64,000 bases of DNA. Source: Flaccisagitta enflata. Lineage: Eukaryota. The stretch is taken from assembly GCA_965153355.1 (NCBI GenBank), contig OZ231126.1, forward strand, positions 47,988,001-48,052,000. Reading direction: 5' to 3'. This document shows, in pieces, positions 1 through 12,574 of this stretch (its first letter is position 1; each line of letters opens with the position of its first letter). A program made the position numbers and the translations under genes. Below the pieces are notes generated by a model. It worked only from the letters and a program-made list of their open reading frames with translations. It was not told where the DNA came from and ran no database searches.

Positions 1-200
1 TCACATCAATGAGCTCCTTCAACCCAGACATATGGAGGGGAAACGTTTTGTAATCAACACAGTGAGAAACATAAAGGGAATAGGAAATTGTTTTACTGAA
101 AATTGAGTGATAAAAATTGCAAGGAGGTTCCGCAAAAAAATTCTTAATCCGCTTCCAGATGAACTTTTTTTGCATTTCCAAGAACACGGCTTCCTATGCA

Positions 201-703
201 CTGTGCTTTTAAAATAATTCTGAGTGGAAAATCATATAACTGTGGGTTTTTCTGCAGTTTTGAGTATCATTGGGGTGTAAAAACATGTAGCTAGCAAAAA
301 TAAAATCATTCACCGAGCACTTTTTAAGAAATCTTCAAAAAAGAAAAAAATGAAATCCTTTTTTAATGCATATTCTATGGAGTCGTATTGACTTATTTTT
401 TGATTATATATAATTAATCCTTAAATTTTATTTTTTTATGAAACCACACAGTGCGACCTATCAAATGAAAGGAAATTTTGCAAGGATTAACAATATCTTA
501 TCAAATAATGAGTCAGTGCAAATCCTCAGAATCTGTTTTGAAAATGAACCTAATTTTTTTCCATATTGCAGATTTCTCAAAAAGCGCTCGATAAAAGATT
601 TTTTTTTTGCAAGTTATATGTTATTACACCCCAATACTACTCAAAACTGTAGAAAAACCCACAGTTATATGATTTTTCACTCAGAATTATTTTAAAAGCA
701 CAG
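201..703. mobile_element. MITE-like element with ~140-bp imperfect terminal inverted repeats
   Basis: ctgtgcttttaaaataattctgagtggaaaatcatataactgtgggtttttct... (201-340) is the reverse complement of ...agaaaaacccacagttatatgatttttcactcagaattattttaaaagcacag (566-703); no coding capacity. Confidence 0.7.
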
Positions 704-1151
704 CGTATGTACATGTTTTTTGAAGAGGGCCATGTTTTTAGTTTTTTGAGTAAGTCATTTTCTATGCAAATTAAGAATTTTTTGTTAGGCTTGTCCAGTG
801 AGAAAAGAGAATTTTCTTTAAAAAAGTTGTATTCTTATCCCCATATTGATATCTTTTACACTATTTAAGTCATCCCTATGAGGTTTCCATGCAAATGCTC
901 CATGAATGTGCACCTGCCTATGTCGAGGTGCAAACGAAGATCAAAATTCATAAGTCAATCCAATTTTTTCAATATTGTAAATCTTACCAATTTAGATTTT
1001 TTTTATCAAAAAATATAATTATTATGTTGTATTAATTTTAGTTTTGCATGGAAAAGCTTTGGTAGAAAAAACAAGAGCCCTGAGAAAGCAAAAAGGGGGG
1101 AAAATATGAAGGAATTCTAAAAAGAAATGATTTTGCAACTTGACTTGTCTT

Positions 1152-1291
1152 AGGGAAAATTCTAAGACTCTCTCTGAATGTAAAATTTTGCATTTTCAAA
1201 AACATGGCCTCATTCTAAGAATATATAAGATGAGAGCCATGTTTTTAGAAATGCAAAATTGTTCAATTTGTAAAAGTCTTAGAATTTTCCC
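1152..1291. repeat. Imperfect palindrome (probable centre of a foldback element)
   Basis: gggaaaattctaagact...ttttgcattttcaaaaacatggc pairs with gccatgtttttagaaatgcaaaatt...agtcttagaattttccc around ~1220. Confidence 0.6.
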
Positions 1292-2026
1292 CTCACAGGT
1301 TTTGAATTTTTGCTCTATCATTTTGAAAGAATCTATCACTTTGAGTGATCATTTCTTGTCTTTATCAATAAAACAAAGCAATGCCTTTATCATAACAGAT
1401 TTTTGTTTTACTAATAAGATAATTCTAGATAACAAAAATATGAATTTTATTAAGAAATTATAATCGGGTCATTAATATAGTTATAGAAAGAGTCTGAAAC
1501 CAAAACTTGTCCTTCGTTTGCACCCCGACATATGTTCTGGGAAGCTCAGTGAAAGTGTCTGATCGAATTATCTGCATATCGGTAAACAAGGGCCGGAACA
1601 TGATCGCCTTACTTTTGATGCTTGTGCAATTATTTCGGTCCGCCAGGACGCGCGAATATTTTTTTATTTTTTTTTCTCAAGTAAATAATTGCTCCAGAAT
1701 TCTCCTGTTAAGACTCCCGCATTCTACAGCAAACAAACTTTACTTATACACCATCGCATTTGGCTCAATCGGCATTTAGAAGAAGAAAGTCGCATCGAAG
1801 GGACATTGACTCTCTGGCCAACCATGGATTGACGGAACCGAAAACTAATTTGACTGTTTCTGCAGCTTTTAACTGTAATCTTGGCCCGCGTAAGTCATCG
1901 GAAATCATCACCACCAGTTACGTTGCTACGTCGACGCTTGAATGAAAGTATCTTGTCAAAACCGCGATTACGTACAAAAGGGAAAACATGATAAGAAACT
2001 GGATAGGAACGCCACAAGAGAAAAGT

Positions 2027-2031
<5 letters not shown>

Positions 2032-2088
<57 letters not shown>
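2032..2088. repeat. (AG)n microsatellite; others at 2906-2940, 8432-8509, 23660-23719
   Basis: Directly visible. Confidence 0.95.
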
Positions 2089-2090
<2 letters not shown>

Positions 2091-2901
2091 CAATAGTGTG
2101 CACAACACCAGTCAGATCTGAGGCGCGATACAATTTTTGTGTATATGAGACTTTTGTATAAGAGACATGAGCCTGAGATTTATCTAAATTTTAAGAACAA
2201 AATAAGAAAATGCCCAGGCTGAGATTCAGTTTTGGCCATTTTTTTCAAAAAATTTACCCTAGTATAATACAAAAAACAAAAAAAAAAAAATTTATTGAGA
2301 TTTTTAAAAAATATAGGTATTCTATCTTAAAAAGTAACTTTTTCTTTTAGTTTCTCTTTGAAATCAGGCATTATATTCAAATATCTATAATGTTGATCAA
2401 GTTTAAGATGCGATTGTTTTAAATAGGGTATTTTTATACAATTTAAATATTTATGAACATTAAAGAAATTAAGAACACTTTAAGAGAATTTCAGGCTCAA
2501 AACGGCCAAAAATTTAAGAACGCCCAGGCTGAGTTAAAAAAAGTTGTCTCTTATGAAAAAAAAAGTGTAGACATTCTGTTTTTACATTTTCTTCTATAGC
2601 TTTTGTAATGCTATATTGTCATCTGCATTGTCGGCATCGTCAAAATACAGGATTACTCAGCGCAATAGCTTGGCTTACGGAAGTTATCGGGAATCATCAC
2701 CATCTTTGCCCAACAGCGTGGGACATCAGTTTCGTCCGTTTTGTCGCTTCCTTGACACACAAAATCATCTCGTCGCACTAGCAGTTACAAACGGAAATCA
2801 CGATAAGAGACCGGCAAGGGAGCGCAACAAGAGAAAAGTATATCTGATATATTCTGAAAGAACAGAAAGGGTGAGAGTAAATGAGCGCGTAAATGAATAA
2901 G

Positions 2902-2944
<43 letters not shown>

Positions 2945-3664
2945 CGTGGCTGGACGATTGGGCAGGGCGTAATGCAATAATCGCGGAATTTAAAATTCGT
3001 AATGGACCGTCGTACCGTCTGATACGCGAGAGTAGAGCTACGCGTATCCGCGACTAAAAAACGGACATCGTCTGGAAACACTCACTCGCAGAAAAATATT
3101 AAAACAGGCAAATAGGCAATAAGGTACGGCGTGTGGATGGTCAAGACGAAATGCGTTACCGACTGACCAGCGACCGATAACCAACCGACGAACCAGCTGA
3201 CGAAATTGCCTTTTGCCTGGGTGAATATCTATAAGCGCCATCATTCGGTTGCAAGGCATTTTTGTCATTTCTCCGTGAACATTTTCATTTGTAAGTACAG
3301 CGATCGTATTATCAGGTATCCTATTGGCTTTAAATGCATTCAGCATTGAATCGTAAGCATCGCATCAGCCAGTACGTGTAAGCGACCACAGCTATTCGTG
3401 AAAAGACGGTGTGCCCTAATGTTTTTCTCATTTCAGAAGCAAATTTTAGAGGTTAAGCAACGGACGAATTGTTATGATTACGTAATGGAGATCGGCGAGG
3501 AAAAAGTTGCAAAATCGTCGTGGACATAGGGAAGAGGCGTTCACCCCGCCTCTCCACACATACAGAAAACATCAACAGATAGACGGACAACGCATCTAGT
3601 CTACAACTGTAAACTTATTTTCTTTGAGTGCTTTCCCGTTAAATCCATACTTTAGGCGTATCAT

Positions 3665-4177
3665 TCGGGTGCTTCACATAGCAAAAGTTGGTTTTTTCCT
3701 TTCGCTCTGTTTACCTATTGTGGAGTGGTCAATTTTAAGAATCTTAACATTTTTTTTATCAAAAATTGTTCATCTTCCTTTTTTTAGACAATTGTTTTTG
3801 AGGACCTACTTTGCATAATGAAGTGGGATAAAACAATATGCAGACATTATATGAATTAGCTTTTACAAATTTCTACTTTACATAGAATTATAATTCTGCT
3901 TTTTTACAAGCTCTTTCATAGCTTATGTTCTAATATTTTAGTTATTTGTTACAAATATTGTAATTTTCTAAAACAAATAAATGTCCTTTTTGTAATAAAA
4001 CTACACAGGATTTTGCTGAATTCAGGGAAATCTGTGGGAAGTTTAAGGCCAAAACAAAAACGGAAGACGGAGGAATTATGAAAAAAGGAAAATGATCATC
4101 TTCATGATTTTTGCTCCTCCACATTACCCAAGTAGGGTGAAGGGATACTCGCAGCTTTTGCTATGTGAAGCACCCTA
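3665..4177. mobile_element. Non-autonomous DNA transposon, ~26-bp TIRs and 9-bp TSD (hATm/MULE-like)
   Basis: Left end tcgggtgcttcacatagcaaaagttg, right end cagcttttgctatgtgaagcacccta; gcgtatcat is duplicated at 3656-3664 and 4178-4186. Confidence 0.8.
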
Positions 4178-4267
4178 GCGTATCATACACTTGAAAGCTT
4201 AAAAATTTCATGAAAAATTGCATTTTGAAACAGGTGAGGTTGTCATTTTAAAACTCATGACTTATAT

Positions 4268-4563
4268 ATCTCTCCGTATCTGTCTCCTCGTGTCTATCTC
4301 TCAGTCTCTCTCCATCTTTGTCTCTCCGTCTTTGTCTCTCCGTCTCTGTCTCTCCGTCTCTGTCTCTCCGTCTCAGTCTCTCCGTCTCAGTCTCTCCGTC
4401 TCAGTCTCTCTGTCTCAGTCTCTCTATCTCAGTCGCTCCATTTCTGTCTCTCCGTCTCTGTCTCTCCGTCTGTCTCTACGTCTCTCTTTCACTCTCTGTC
4501 TCTCCGTCTCTCTTTCTCTTTCTCTCTCTGTCTCTTTCTCTCTCTCTGTCTCTCTCTCACACA

Positions 4564-4657
<94 letters not shown>
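4268..4657. repeat. Degenerate tctctg/tctccg repeat grading into pure (TC)n
   Basis: Directly visible; explains the spurious SLSL/RERE ORFs. Confidence 0.95.
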
Positions 4658-4659
<2 letters not shown>

Positions 4660-5739
4660 GTTTATTTTGGTGGTCTTTGTTTTCACTTGAAATAAATGGA
4701 AGCAGTTGCATTCTTTTATTTTCTCGTTTACTGCTGGTTAACATATAACATGACGTATCCTTGGTCAAAGAGGCCCGCCTTTCATGTGCATCAGAATAAA
4801 TGGTCTAGTTAGTCGTAACTAGCAGGAAATTTCAGTATTTCAGCCCGCTAGTTAGTTAGACGCGAATTGTCGCGAGAATGCCGAAATCTACAAAGAAGTT
4901 GATTTTCTGATTAGAGAACGGTATGATCGAAAACCGTCCTATGATGTAAACCGTCTTGTTTACAAACCGTTTTGGGGCCCCGCACCAGAAATTGTGTAAT
5001 GTACATGGTGAAAAACTGGCTGTGGCAGTGAAATTCTCGTATTTATAAAAACCGAGTCTTATTTGAGCTAAAACAGAAGATAATGGTGAACTATAGATAT
5101 TAACAAGCCCAACAGGCCAACAGTCACTCGCTTCGTTTTACAGTAACGCACACTACATAATCCTCCCTTCCTTCCCTCCCTTCCCTCCTTCCTTCCCACC
5201 TTCCTTCCTTCCTTCCATTCTTTCTTTTGTTCATTCTTCCCTACCTCCCTCCCCTCCCCTCCAGGGCCGTGCGTTATGTACTGGGTATTGTATCGATACA
5301 ATATTGATATGATATTGATACAATATCAATACAATATCGAATACAATATCGTGTATTCATCACCCAATACCCAACACTTTCTTCTTCACTAATCTTACAC
5401 TAGACCCAACTTATTGGACCTTAAAGTACGCAAAAAAGTCAAAATTTAAAATGTTACGGACTGAGGGAACGACGGACCATCCAACCAACAGAGCAAGGTG
5501 TGTAGAGTCGCACGCACGCGACTAAAAAAAGGTTCAGGATCATGTAACAATCATGGAATTTTACCAACCCGCACTACATATACAACAATTTTGAACCCAG
5601 GAATCCAAATCTGCACTCTGCAGTCAAAAATAGTCTCAGGTCGGCATTCAGATTCCTGGGTTCAATATTGGTCTAGTACAGGGTGGGTGGAAAAATCCCA
5701 CAATTCTTACATGTTCCTGAACGTTTTAACTTTAGAAAT

Positions 5740-7831
5740 CTTCGACATTTACAAAATCGGCCACGCGTTATGCTCTCGCCTGCGTCACCTGTCGGTATTG
5801 TTGTGGTGTAGCCAGGGGCAGGTGAAGATGGCGATGAGGAGATACGCGAAGAAGCCGGGAGTGTGTACGGCGTATGGGCTGTGGGAGCCGGAGATGAGGG
5901 AGCCGCCGCGGTGGCCGTGCTTGTGCGGTGACTCGGCGATGGAGGAGACGGAGGCGGTGTTGAGGTTCAAGGAGGCGGTGGCGACGGAAGACGCGAAGAA
6001 GAGGAAGGGGAAGTTGAGGATTCCGGAGTTGGAGGGGCTGTTGACGGCGGAGATGGACAGGTGGAAGAAGGTGGATACGAGGTGGAATTCGAGGGGTGAC
6101 GTGGGGCCTGAGAGAGCGGTTAGGATGCCTAACCAGTTGTGGGGTTGCCCTCTCCTTCCAGAGTGGCGTGGTGCTGGGGCAGTGGCAGTGGTGGGGCCGG
6201 AGCCGAGGGACTTGGAAGCGGATGAGGTGGTGGTGCGGAGACAGGGGGAGGGGGGAGGAGGAGGAAGAGGAGGCGCGGGGGAGATGACGAAGAAGCAGGA
6301 GAGGCAGAGGAAGAAGAACTTGAAGTTTAGGGAGAATAGGAGAAAAAGGCAGTTGGAGTATAAGGAGGAGAGAGATGGGCTGAAGGAAAAGATAGAGGAG
6401 AAGAAGAGGCAGATGGATGAGGTGAAGGCAGAGGTGGAGCGGGAGAAGAAGGAAAGGTTAGAGGAAATGCAGCGGGAAATGGAGGAGATGGAGAAGGAGA
6501 TGAAGGAGAAGGCAAAGGAGAGGAAGGAGAAGGTGAACCCCTCAAAGAGGAAGAGGAAGCAGGAGGAGGAGGGTGCAGCCGGGGGTGCTCCTGTTACCAC
6601 TCCAAAGGCTGACCCACCGACGTCGTCGTCTTCATCCTCTTCTAAGAAGAATAAGGGGAAGCACGCGGAGGGGGGGAAGGCGATGGCTGCTGCTTCGGCG
6701 GCAGATTCATCCATCCCCCCACCGGTGCCGTCCCCCAACCCTTCCAACAATGCTCGACAGACTGGCCGTGGATCTGGGTAGGTAATGGTGCGGCGCCGCG
6801 ACCACGGCAGATTTTGGTCAAATCAAACTCTGGATGAGGAGGATCTGTCGCGGCGCTACAGGGAGGCGACCCCCTTCCTCCCCAACGCGTCCTTTTTGGC
6901 ACCCTCATCGAGCTTTGAAGATTTTTTTCGCGGGGTTTGTCTTCTTGGGCAGACTGCGGCATCGGCGGCGATGGCACCTGTTGCCACATCATCGCCATCA
7001 GCGTCTCGCCCTCGACACCACGGACGCGGTGGTCAGTGTCAAGGGTATCAGCAGCGGCAGCGTCAGCAGAGACCTCCTACCGCCGATCCTGACGCGCAGC
7101 GCGCTCCGCAGCCACAAGGACAGCGTGGCGCGGCGCCTTCGCGTCGCCAGGCGCGTTTCGCGCCGCCCCTTTCGCTGTCCATTCGTCCGCTCATTCAGGT
7201 GACTTGATCCTTGGTTCTTCCTCTGTTTTTTGAGGCGGGACGGTGTGACTAGGTTGGAATGGGATTCCAACGGGGGGACTGTGGAATATCGTTGATATTT
7301 TGGCATTTTTGGCGCCTTTGTACTGCGATCTATTTCATTGTCCTTTCGTTGGCATTGCTATTTATTTGCTTGTGATGATATATTTGATTATCTGGATGCA
7401 TTCTTTCTTTCAGTTAATCAGTGTATTTTAACAAGCAATTCAACCTGGAAGCACTTTGGGGATTACAGTGGAACCTGTGGTGAGTGTACTTGGCTACATT
7501 TGTTGACAATTGCTTGAATTGGTTAAGATAGTTATGATGATGCACTAGCTAGTTAGAAGTAGGTTTTAACCAATCCCTTTTCCCCCCCTCTCTTTTGTTT
7601 CTTTCTCTTTCTCTTCCTGTATATAATAGTTTAAATACACTTTCTTACCTAGATATCAGTGATAGTATCCACAGACTGACGATGGGAACAACGCCACCGG
7701 AAGTGACGTTATCAGCGCAATTGGCGTGGTGATGGCGTTGTCAGACCGGACGTGGCGTCTTCAACCGGAAGTTGCGTGGACGACGAGATCCTGATGACGG
7801 TACGAGACAGTATTTTCTACGGTTCTTTACA
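5740..7831 (+). mobile_element. Bel/Pao family A, copy 1: 3' fragment (partial extra ORF, PPT, 3' LTR)
   Basis: Near-identical to 20983-23068; PPT ggggggac precedes the LTR; TSD ctctg follows at 7832-7836. Confidence 0.9.
7280..7831 (+). repeat. 3' LTR of family A (copy 1), ~550 bp
   Basis: Starts tgtggaatatcg, ends ggttctttaca; same sequence at 22520-23068 and, interrupted, at 40585-42026. Confidence 0.92.
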
Positions 7832-8229
7832 CTCTGTGTCCCTCTGTGTCCCTCCATGTCCCTCTGTGTCCCTCCGTGTCCCTCTGTGTCTCTATAAGAG
7901 GGCCCGTCCCACCGTCTCCAGGTTGACGCACAAAATGAATTTTCGGCTTCCAGATACTTTTCCGCAAAAGTGATAGTCATTAAATTTGTTGGGTACAGTG
8001 AAAAATAAAGAAAGAATAAACTCCGCCAATTTTTTAACTTTTTTTCTTTTCCTTTTTATCTAATTATCAATTTTTATCAATTGAACGTCATTCAATATGT
8101 GTCTACAAGACGAGATGACAAAAGCTGCTGATGCTACCCCTTTCAACAACCCTTGGACCGCAGTTGATGAACTATGCCGAGCGACGCGCCATCGACGTGG
8201 TTTTGGAATGCAACTTATTTGAAGGATAA

Positions 8230-8428
8230 TAGTCGCAAAAGCGTTAGATGTTCAGCGGTACCCATTGCCCCTATGTGAGTATATGTAGGTGTGTGATGGT
8301 GAGAGGGGCAGCGGCCCCAAAGGGGCCGATGACCTACACATAGTAAGTTTTGAAGCTCAGACAGACAGACAGGCAGACAGACAGACAGACAGACAGAGAG
8401 GAAACAAAGTTGGGGAGAGAGCGAGCGC

Positions 8429-8504
<76 letters not shown>

Positions 8505-8510
8505 GAGAGC
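8230..8510. mobile_element. Helentron/HINE-like non-autonomous repeat (relatives at ~10570-10620, 23455-23720, 25780-25829, 52248-52716)
   Basis: Recurrent module aatagtcgcaaaagcgttagatg...gggcagcggcccc(aaa)ggggccgatgacc hairpin plus (caga)n microsatellite. Family assignment is inferred from architecture only. Confidence 0.5.
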
Positions 8511-8775
8511 TTGCTGTTGAAATGATATCATTCATATGATGTGTTTTTAGGTGCGCCAAAGCACCTCCATAATCGGCATTGTTGCTTGGTCGGTCGGTTG
8601 GTTGGTCTGTTGGTCGGTTGGTCTGTTGGTTGGTCGTTCGACGATCCACACGGCGTACCTTTTTGGCCTACTTGGCATTGTTTGTTGATATGTTCATATG
8701 CATTTTCCGCAATGAGAAATGTCACCCTCCATTAAAAAATAAATCGGAAATTTTCTTCCAGGGAAAAACCCATTT

Positions 8776-9237
8776 TTGGAGAAATACATGCATCGCGATT
8801 CGCCTTTTTACGAAACTATCTTTGAGCCTAACAAAGAATTGGACACGGGCACGCTAACAATTTTCCAGGTGATGTGCACCGCTCTCGCCAAATTCTTCCG
8901 AGTCGCTGTCAAAGAATTCCTCCCGGGTGGAGAGTTCGAGAATTTGGACGCCAATGACGTCAAAGGTGTGCCGACGCACAGTAAATTCCCGGAGTGGATG
9001 TTTGGATACTGGAGGATGCTCATGAACTACATGCCTAACGTCGGCACACTTACGGCGGAGGCGTTCACGCTGTTTGTCCGCAACAACACTTACGAATGGA
9101 TCAAAGCAAAGGGAGATGAGGAACGCCATGCAATCATCCGGCAATGTCAATGTTCCAATGCTTCGGAAGAAGTACAAAGAACGTCAAGTAACAAAAAAAG
9201 GGCCGGATACACGGCTCCTAAAGAAGCATGCAGTTAG
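8776..9237 (+). pseudogene. Degenerate fragment resembling a DNA transposase C-terminus (second copy 23986-24447)
   Basis: Normal-complexity peptide LPGGEF...VPTHSKFPEWMFGYW...PNVGTLTAEAFTLFVRNNTYEWI, reminiscent of the P-x-T/S-N...ER-x-F-G region of hAT-like transposases; frameshifted near 9145. Confidence 0.35.
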
Positions 9238-9699
9238 GCAGGGTCTAACAACACATATAGGTTGGGGCATTTGTGCTAAAACCGCCCGTAAATGCTAAAA
9301 CTGCCCGTAAATGCCAAAACACTAGGCGTGATGGATCGATGGACCGACGGACCAATGGACATGGGGGGATATAAATTTTCGTGCACGCGACTAAAAATAG
9401 AAAACTATAGTGTCCCTAACATGTTCCACTGTCAAAAAATTAGTGCAAGTGAAATATACATATATGGATGACCATACATTGATGAGTGAACATACAGTTG
9501 AATAGAGGCAATTTTTGTTTGATGAATGAATGATAAATGAATAAAGAAATGACCCAACTAATTAACAAACAAATGTATTTACAAATGAACAATCAAACAA
9601 ACATGAACGATTGAAGAAAAGAATAAATGAATGAGGGAAAATAATGACCAATTTTAAGCAATGCAGTAATTTGATTTTTAGGCGGAGGTGCTGCGAATT

Positions 9700-10492
9700 T
9701 GTCAGGACAATCTACAAAAAGAATGCCAACAATTCTCTCTCGAGGATCCATTGCGTACGCCATCTCCTGGCTCCTCTTCCTCGTAAAGAAATCTGTGGCC
9801 TCATCTGCCATTTTCCTAGAAAACAATTTTTTCCATGGAATTGCAGACCCGTCTGGTGCGTATATCCTTCCATCCAAAAACCTTTCGTACTTACATATGG
9901 GCTTGTCATCCGTTGAGCAGCGCGTCGCCCAATCTGACAAATTTAACCGCGTTTCTATGAATAGAACCCGAAAGTTAAACTTTTGCAGCCCCATGACACG
10001 TCTTGCCAAATTTTTAGGCACCGCCTCCAACGAACTCCATTGTCGTACTGTAGAATTATCTACCAATGAATACCAACAGTGTCCCGACAAATAGTGCTCA
10101 AATTTGCGCGTGGTCTCTTAGAGAGCCACGAGCTCAAAGAGCCATATTGGCCACGCGCTCATTGAATCATCAATACGTCTACTCCAACATGCCACAATAT
10201 GCAAATATCTCTTTGTTGGGTCAAGCTTTGAGCTTGGCAGAGGATACAATGCCTGTGTAATTATGCCAGAAATGCTTGTAGTGCTCGAGTCCGTCCATAC
10301 AAGTGTCACGGCTTTTGGGTTGTTTGTTATAGTGCGTATTACGCCCACTGTATCGTCCAACAGATAGGCCTTCAATTCCTCGAAAGCTTTTGTATCCACG
10401 GGTGACGGCTTAAATAGCACAGTGGGGTGCCCAAGCCTTCTGAGGTGCGATAACTTTTCTGATAATAACAGGGCCACGGGCATAAAATACAA
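9700..10492 (-). pseudogene. Ty3/Gypsy RT connection/RNase H relic (second copy ~24910-25702)
   Basis: KAFEELKAYL, VWTDSS, VACWSR, FELVAL then an in-frame stop, KFEHYLSGH, VDNS, LQKFNFRV, LSDWATR: the order of Gypsy RNase H motifs. Confidence 0.8.
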
Positions 10493-10892
10493 AAAAAACG
10501 CTGCCCTGACACCCTCACGTCATAATCGAGCAAATGAGCAAGCCGTGAAAAAAGTTGTATTGTTTCTCCTTTTTTTGGGCAGCGGCCCCAAAGGGGTCGA
10601 TGACCTATGCTTTCACACATATAAATTACGCCCCGAGTTTCAACTGGCACTGTCTATGAACGTCTATCTGACTCGCCTGAGCCACTTATGCCCAGCGATC
10701 TCAGTGCTGTTGCCTTACGCTGAAATGGAAATCCTAGTCTTGTTTATTCAATCCCATTTCAAACCTTCAGAGAGCCTCCCAAATTCCTTGAGGCTTGAAT
10801 TTGGGCCTCGGGGTGGGGATTTAGGCCTGGAGGTTGGGATTTGAGTCTCAAGACTAGGATTTGGGCCTCGAGGCTGGGATATGGATTTTTAT

Positions 10893-11583
10893 GCTTTGAT
10901 TTTTAATTGCGTATACATTGTCATGGCATCACTTCTTAACGGAACGAGTGACATTTTGCTTGATTTTCATGATGTGTGCCCTTGGAATTTCATGTCTTTC
11001 ATAAGTCTCTCATCTCTTTTTACTTCAGAGACATATGAACGGACATCTGACCTTGATGATGATTATGACGCCGGTGGGGAACCACAGAAATTGGGCCTAA
11101 AGTAAGTTTTATCATTTTAGTGTTTTAGTGTTTTATCGTTGTTTTTGTCCTCTGGCTTTTTATTGTTTTATTGTCTGTTTTTATTGTTTTATCGTCTGTT
11201 CTTATCGTCTGTCCGGTCAACTGATTATTGGGGTGACATGGGTGAATTTAGTGGGATGGGCAGGGCGGGGGCAGTGTACTGATCTGGCTTCATGGCCTCT
11301 GCATAAGATGTACATGTTGTTATTGGCTGTTTCTGTTCATTGTCTATCCTGATCTCATGTTGTTTTCATGAATTGGTTGACCAATATTCATGCCCAATTT
11401 CCTTTTCTTTTTGTCCCCCTCTCAGATTGTTGAAATTTGTCCTGAAGAACAAGACCATCGTCAAGCCATTTTCCAATCTACGCCTAATTTCCTTTGCGTC
11501 TACCATCGTCAGACAGTCAGAGATTTCTACAAGACAAAGCTATCCCAGAGTCGAAACTAACGTTTACGTGGGCTAAATATAAT
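10893..11583 (+). repeat. Truncated solo LTR related to the family B LTR (second copy ~39120-39810)
   Basis: Shares gcccttggaatt, atgaacggaca, gggcctaaa(a)gtaagttttat and cgtgggc..aa blocks, in order, with the reverse complement of 37941-38853. Confidence 0.6.
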
Positions 11584-12361
11584 GTCCCTCCGTGTCATCG
11601 TGTGTCCCTCCGTGTCCCTCTGTGTCCCTCTGGTCCCTCCAAAGTCCCTCAACAAAAGAAGGCCCGTCCATCCGTCTGTCCAGCGCGTCCCGTGTCCCTC
11701 TGTGTCCCTCCGAGTCCCTCCTTGTCCCTCCGTGTCCCTCCTTGTCCCTCCATGTCACTAAAAGAGGGCTTCACTGTCCGTCCGTTGGCTGCCCGCCCCT
11801 CCTGTCCTTCCGTGTCCTTCTGGCTCTATAAGAGGGCCCGTCCAACCGTCCGTCGGGCCCTCAGTGTTCCTCTGTGTCCCTCCGTTCCCTCTATGTCCCT
11901 CTGTGTCCCTCCGTGTCCCTCGGTGTCCCTCCATGTCCCTCCGTGTCCCTCCGTGTCCCTCTGTGTCTCTATAAGAGGGCCCATCCGTCCATTCATTGGG
12001 CCTGCCCGTCCCTCCATGTCCCTCCCTGTCCCTATGTGTCCCTCTGTGTTCTTCCCTGTCCCTCCATCTCCCTCCAGGTCCCTCCATGTCCCTCCGTGTC
12101 TCTATAAGAGGGCCCGTCCGTCCGTCTATTGGGCCCGCCCATCCCTCCGTGTTCCTCCATGTCCCTCTGTGTCCCTCTGTGTCCCTCCGTGTCCCTCTGT
12201 GTCCCTCTGTGTCCCTCTGTGTCCCTCCATGTCTCTAATAGATGGCCCGTCCGTCCGTCCTGCCCGCCCATCCCTCCCTGTCCCTCCGTGTCCCTCCTTG
12301 TCTCTATAAGAGGGCCTGTCCATCTGTCCATCCGGCCCGCCCGTCCCTCTGTGTCCCTCTG
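11583..12361. repeat. 10-bp minisatellite gtccctc(c/t)gt with higher-order ctataagagggcccgtcc units (also 39810-40584, 7832-7910, 23069-23135)
   Basis: Directly visible; it is the insertion target of element A. Confidence 0.92.
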
Positions 12362-12574
12362 TGTGGAATATCGTTGATATTTTGGCATTTTTGGCGCCTT
12401 TGTACTGCGATCTATTCAGGTAGTCCGCCAGCGAATTTGGGTGCGTTCAGCAACGGGGAATGAACGCCTGTTCAGCAACAATACTATACAGGTGTTGATG
12501 AACACAATGAAAAAGACCTTTGCCCAACGATTTTGTTCAGAGAGGGCCATAAAAAGCGCGTTCATGAATGGCTA

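Noticed and set aside
3038-3346. Possible host exon on the minus strand with a gtgagt donor-like site
   Set aside because: No recognisable domain or partner exons; not supportable.
4218-4768. ORFs of SLSL/RERE composition
   Set aside because: Translations of the TC/AG microsatellite.
5498-5739. N-terminal 80 aa of the 427-aa ORF
   Set aside because: Lies outside the homology with copy 2 and runs through unrelated repeats; chance open frame.
5785-6750. 321-aa antisense ORF (and 21346-21975)
   Set aside because: Shadow of the purine-rich sense ORF; F/S/L composition is expected from complementing K/E codons.
11494-12463. Many overlapping VPPCPS/RDTEGH ORFs (also 39720-40686), and a CRISPR-like look from recurring ctataagagggccc
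   Set aside because: 10-bp minisatellite; the would-be spacers are themselves repeat units and no cas genes are present.
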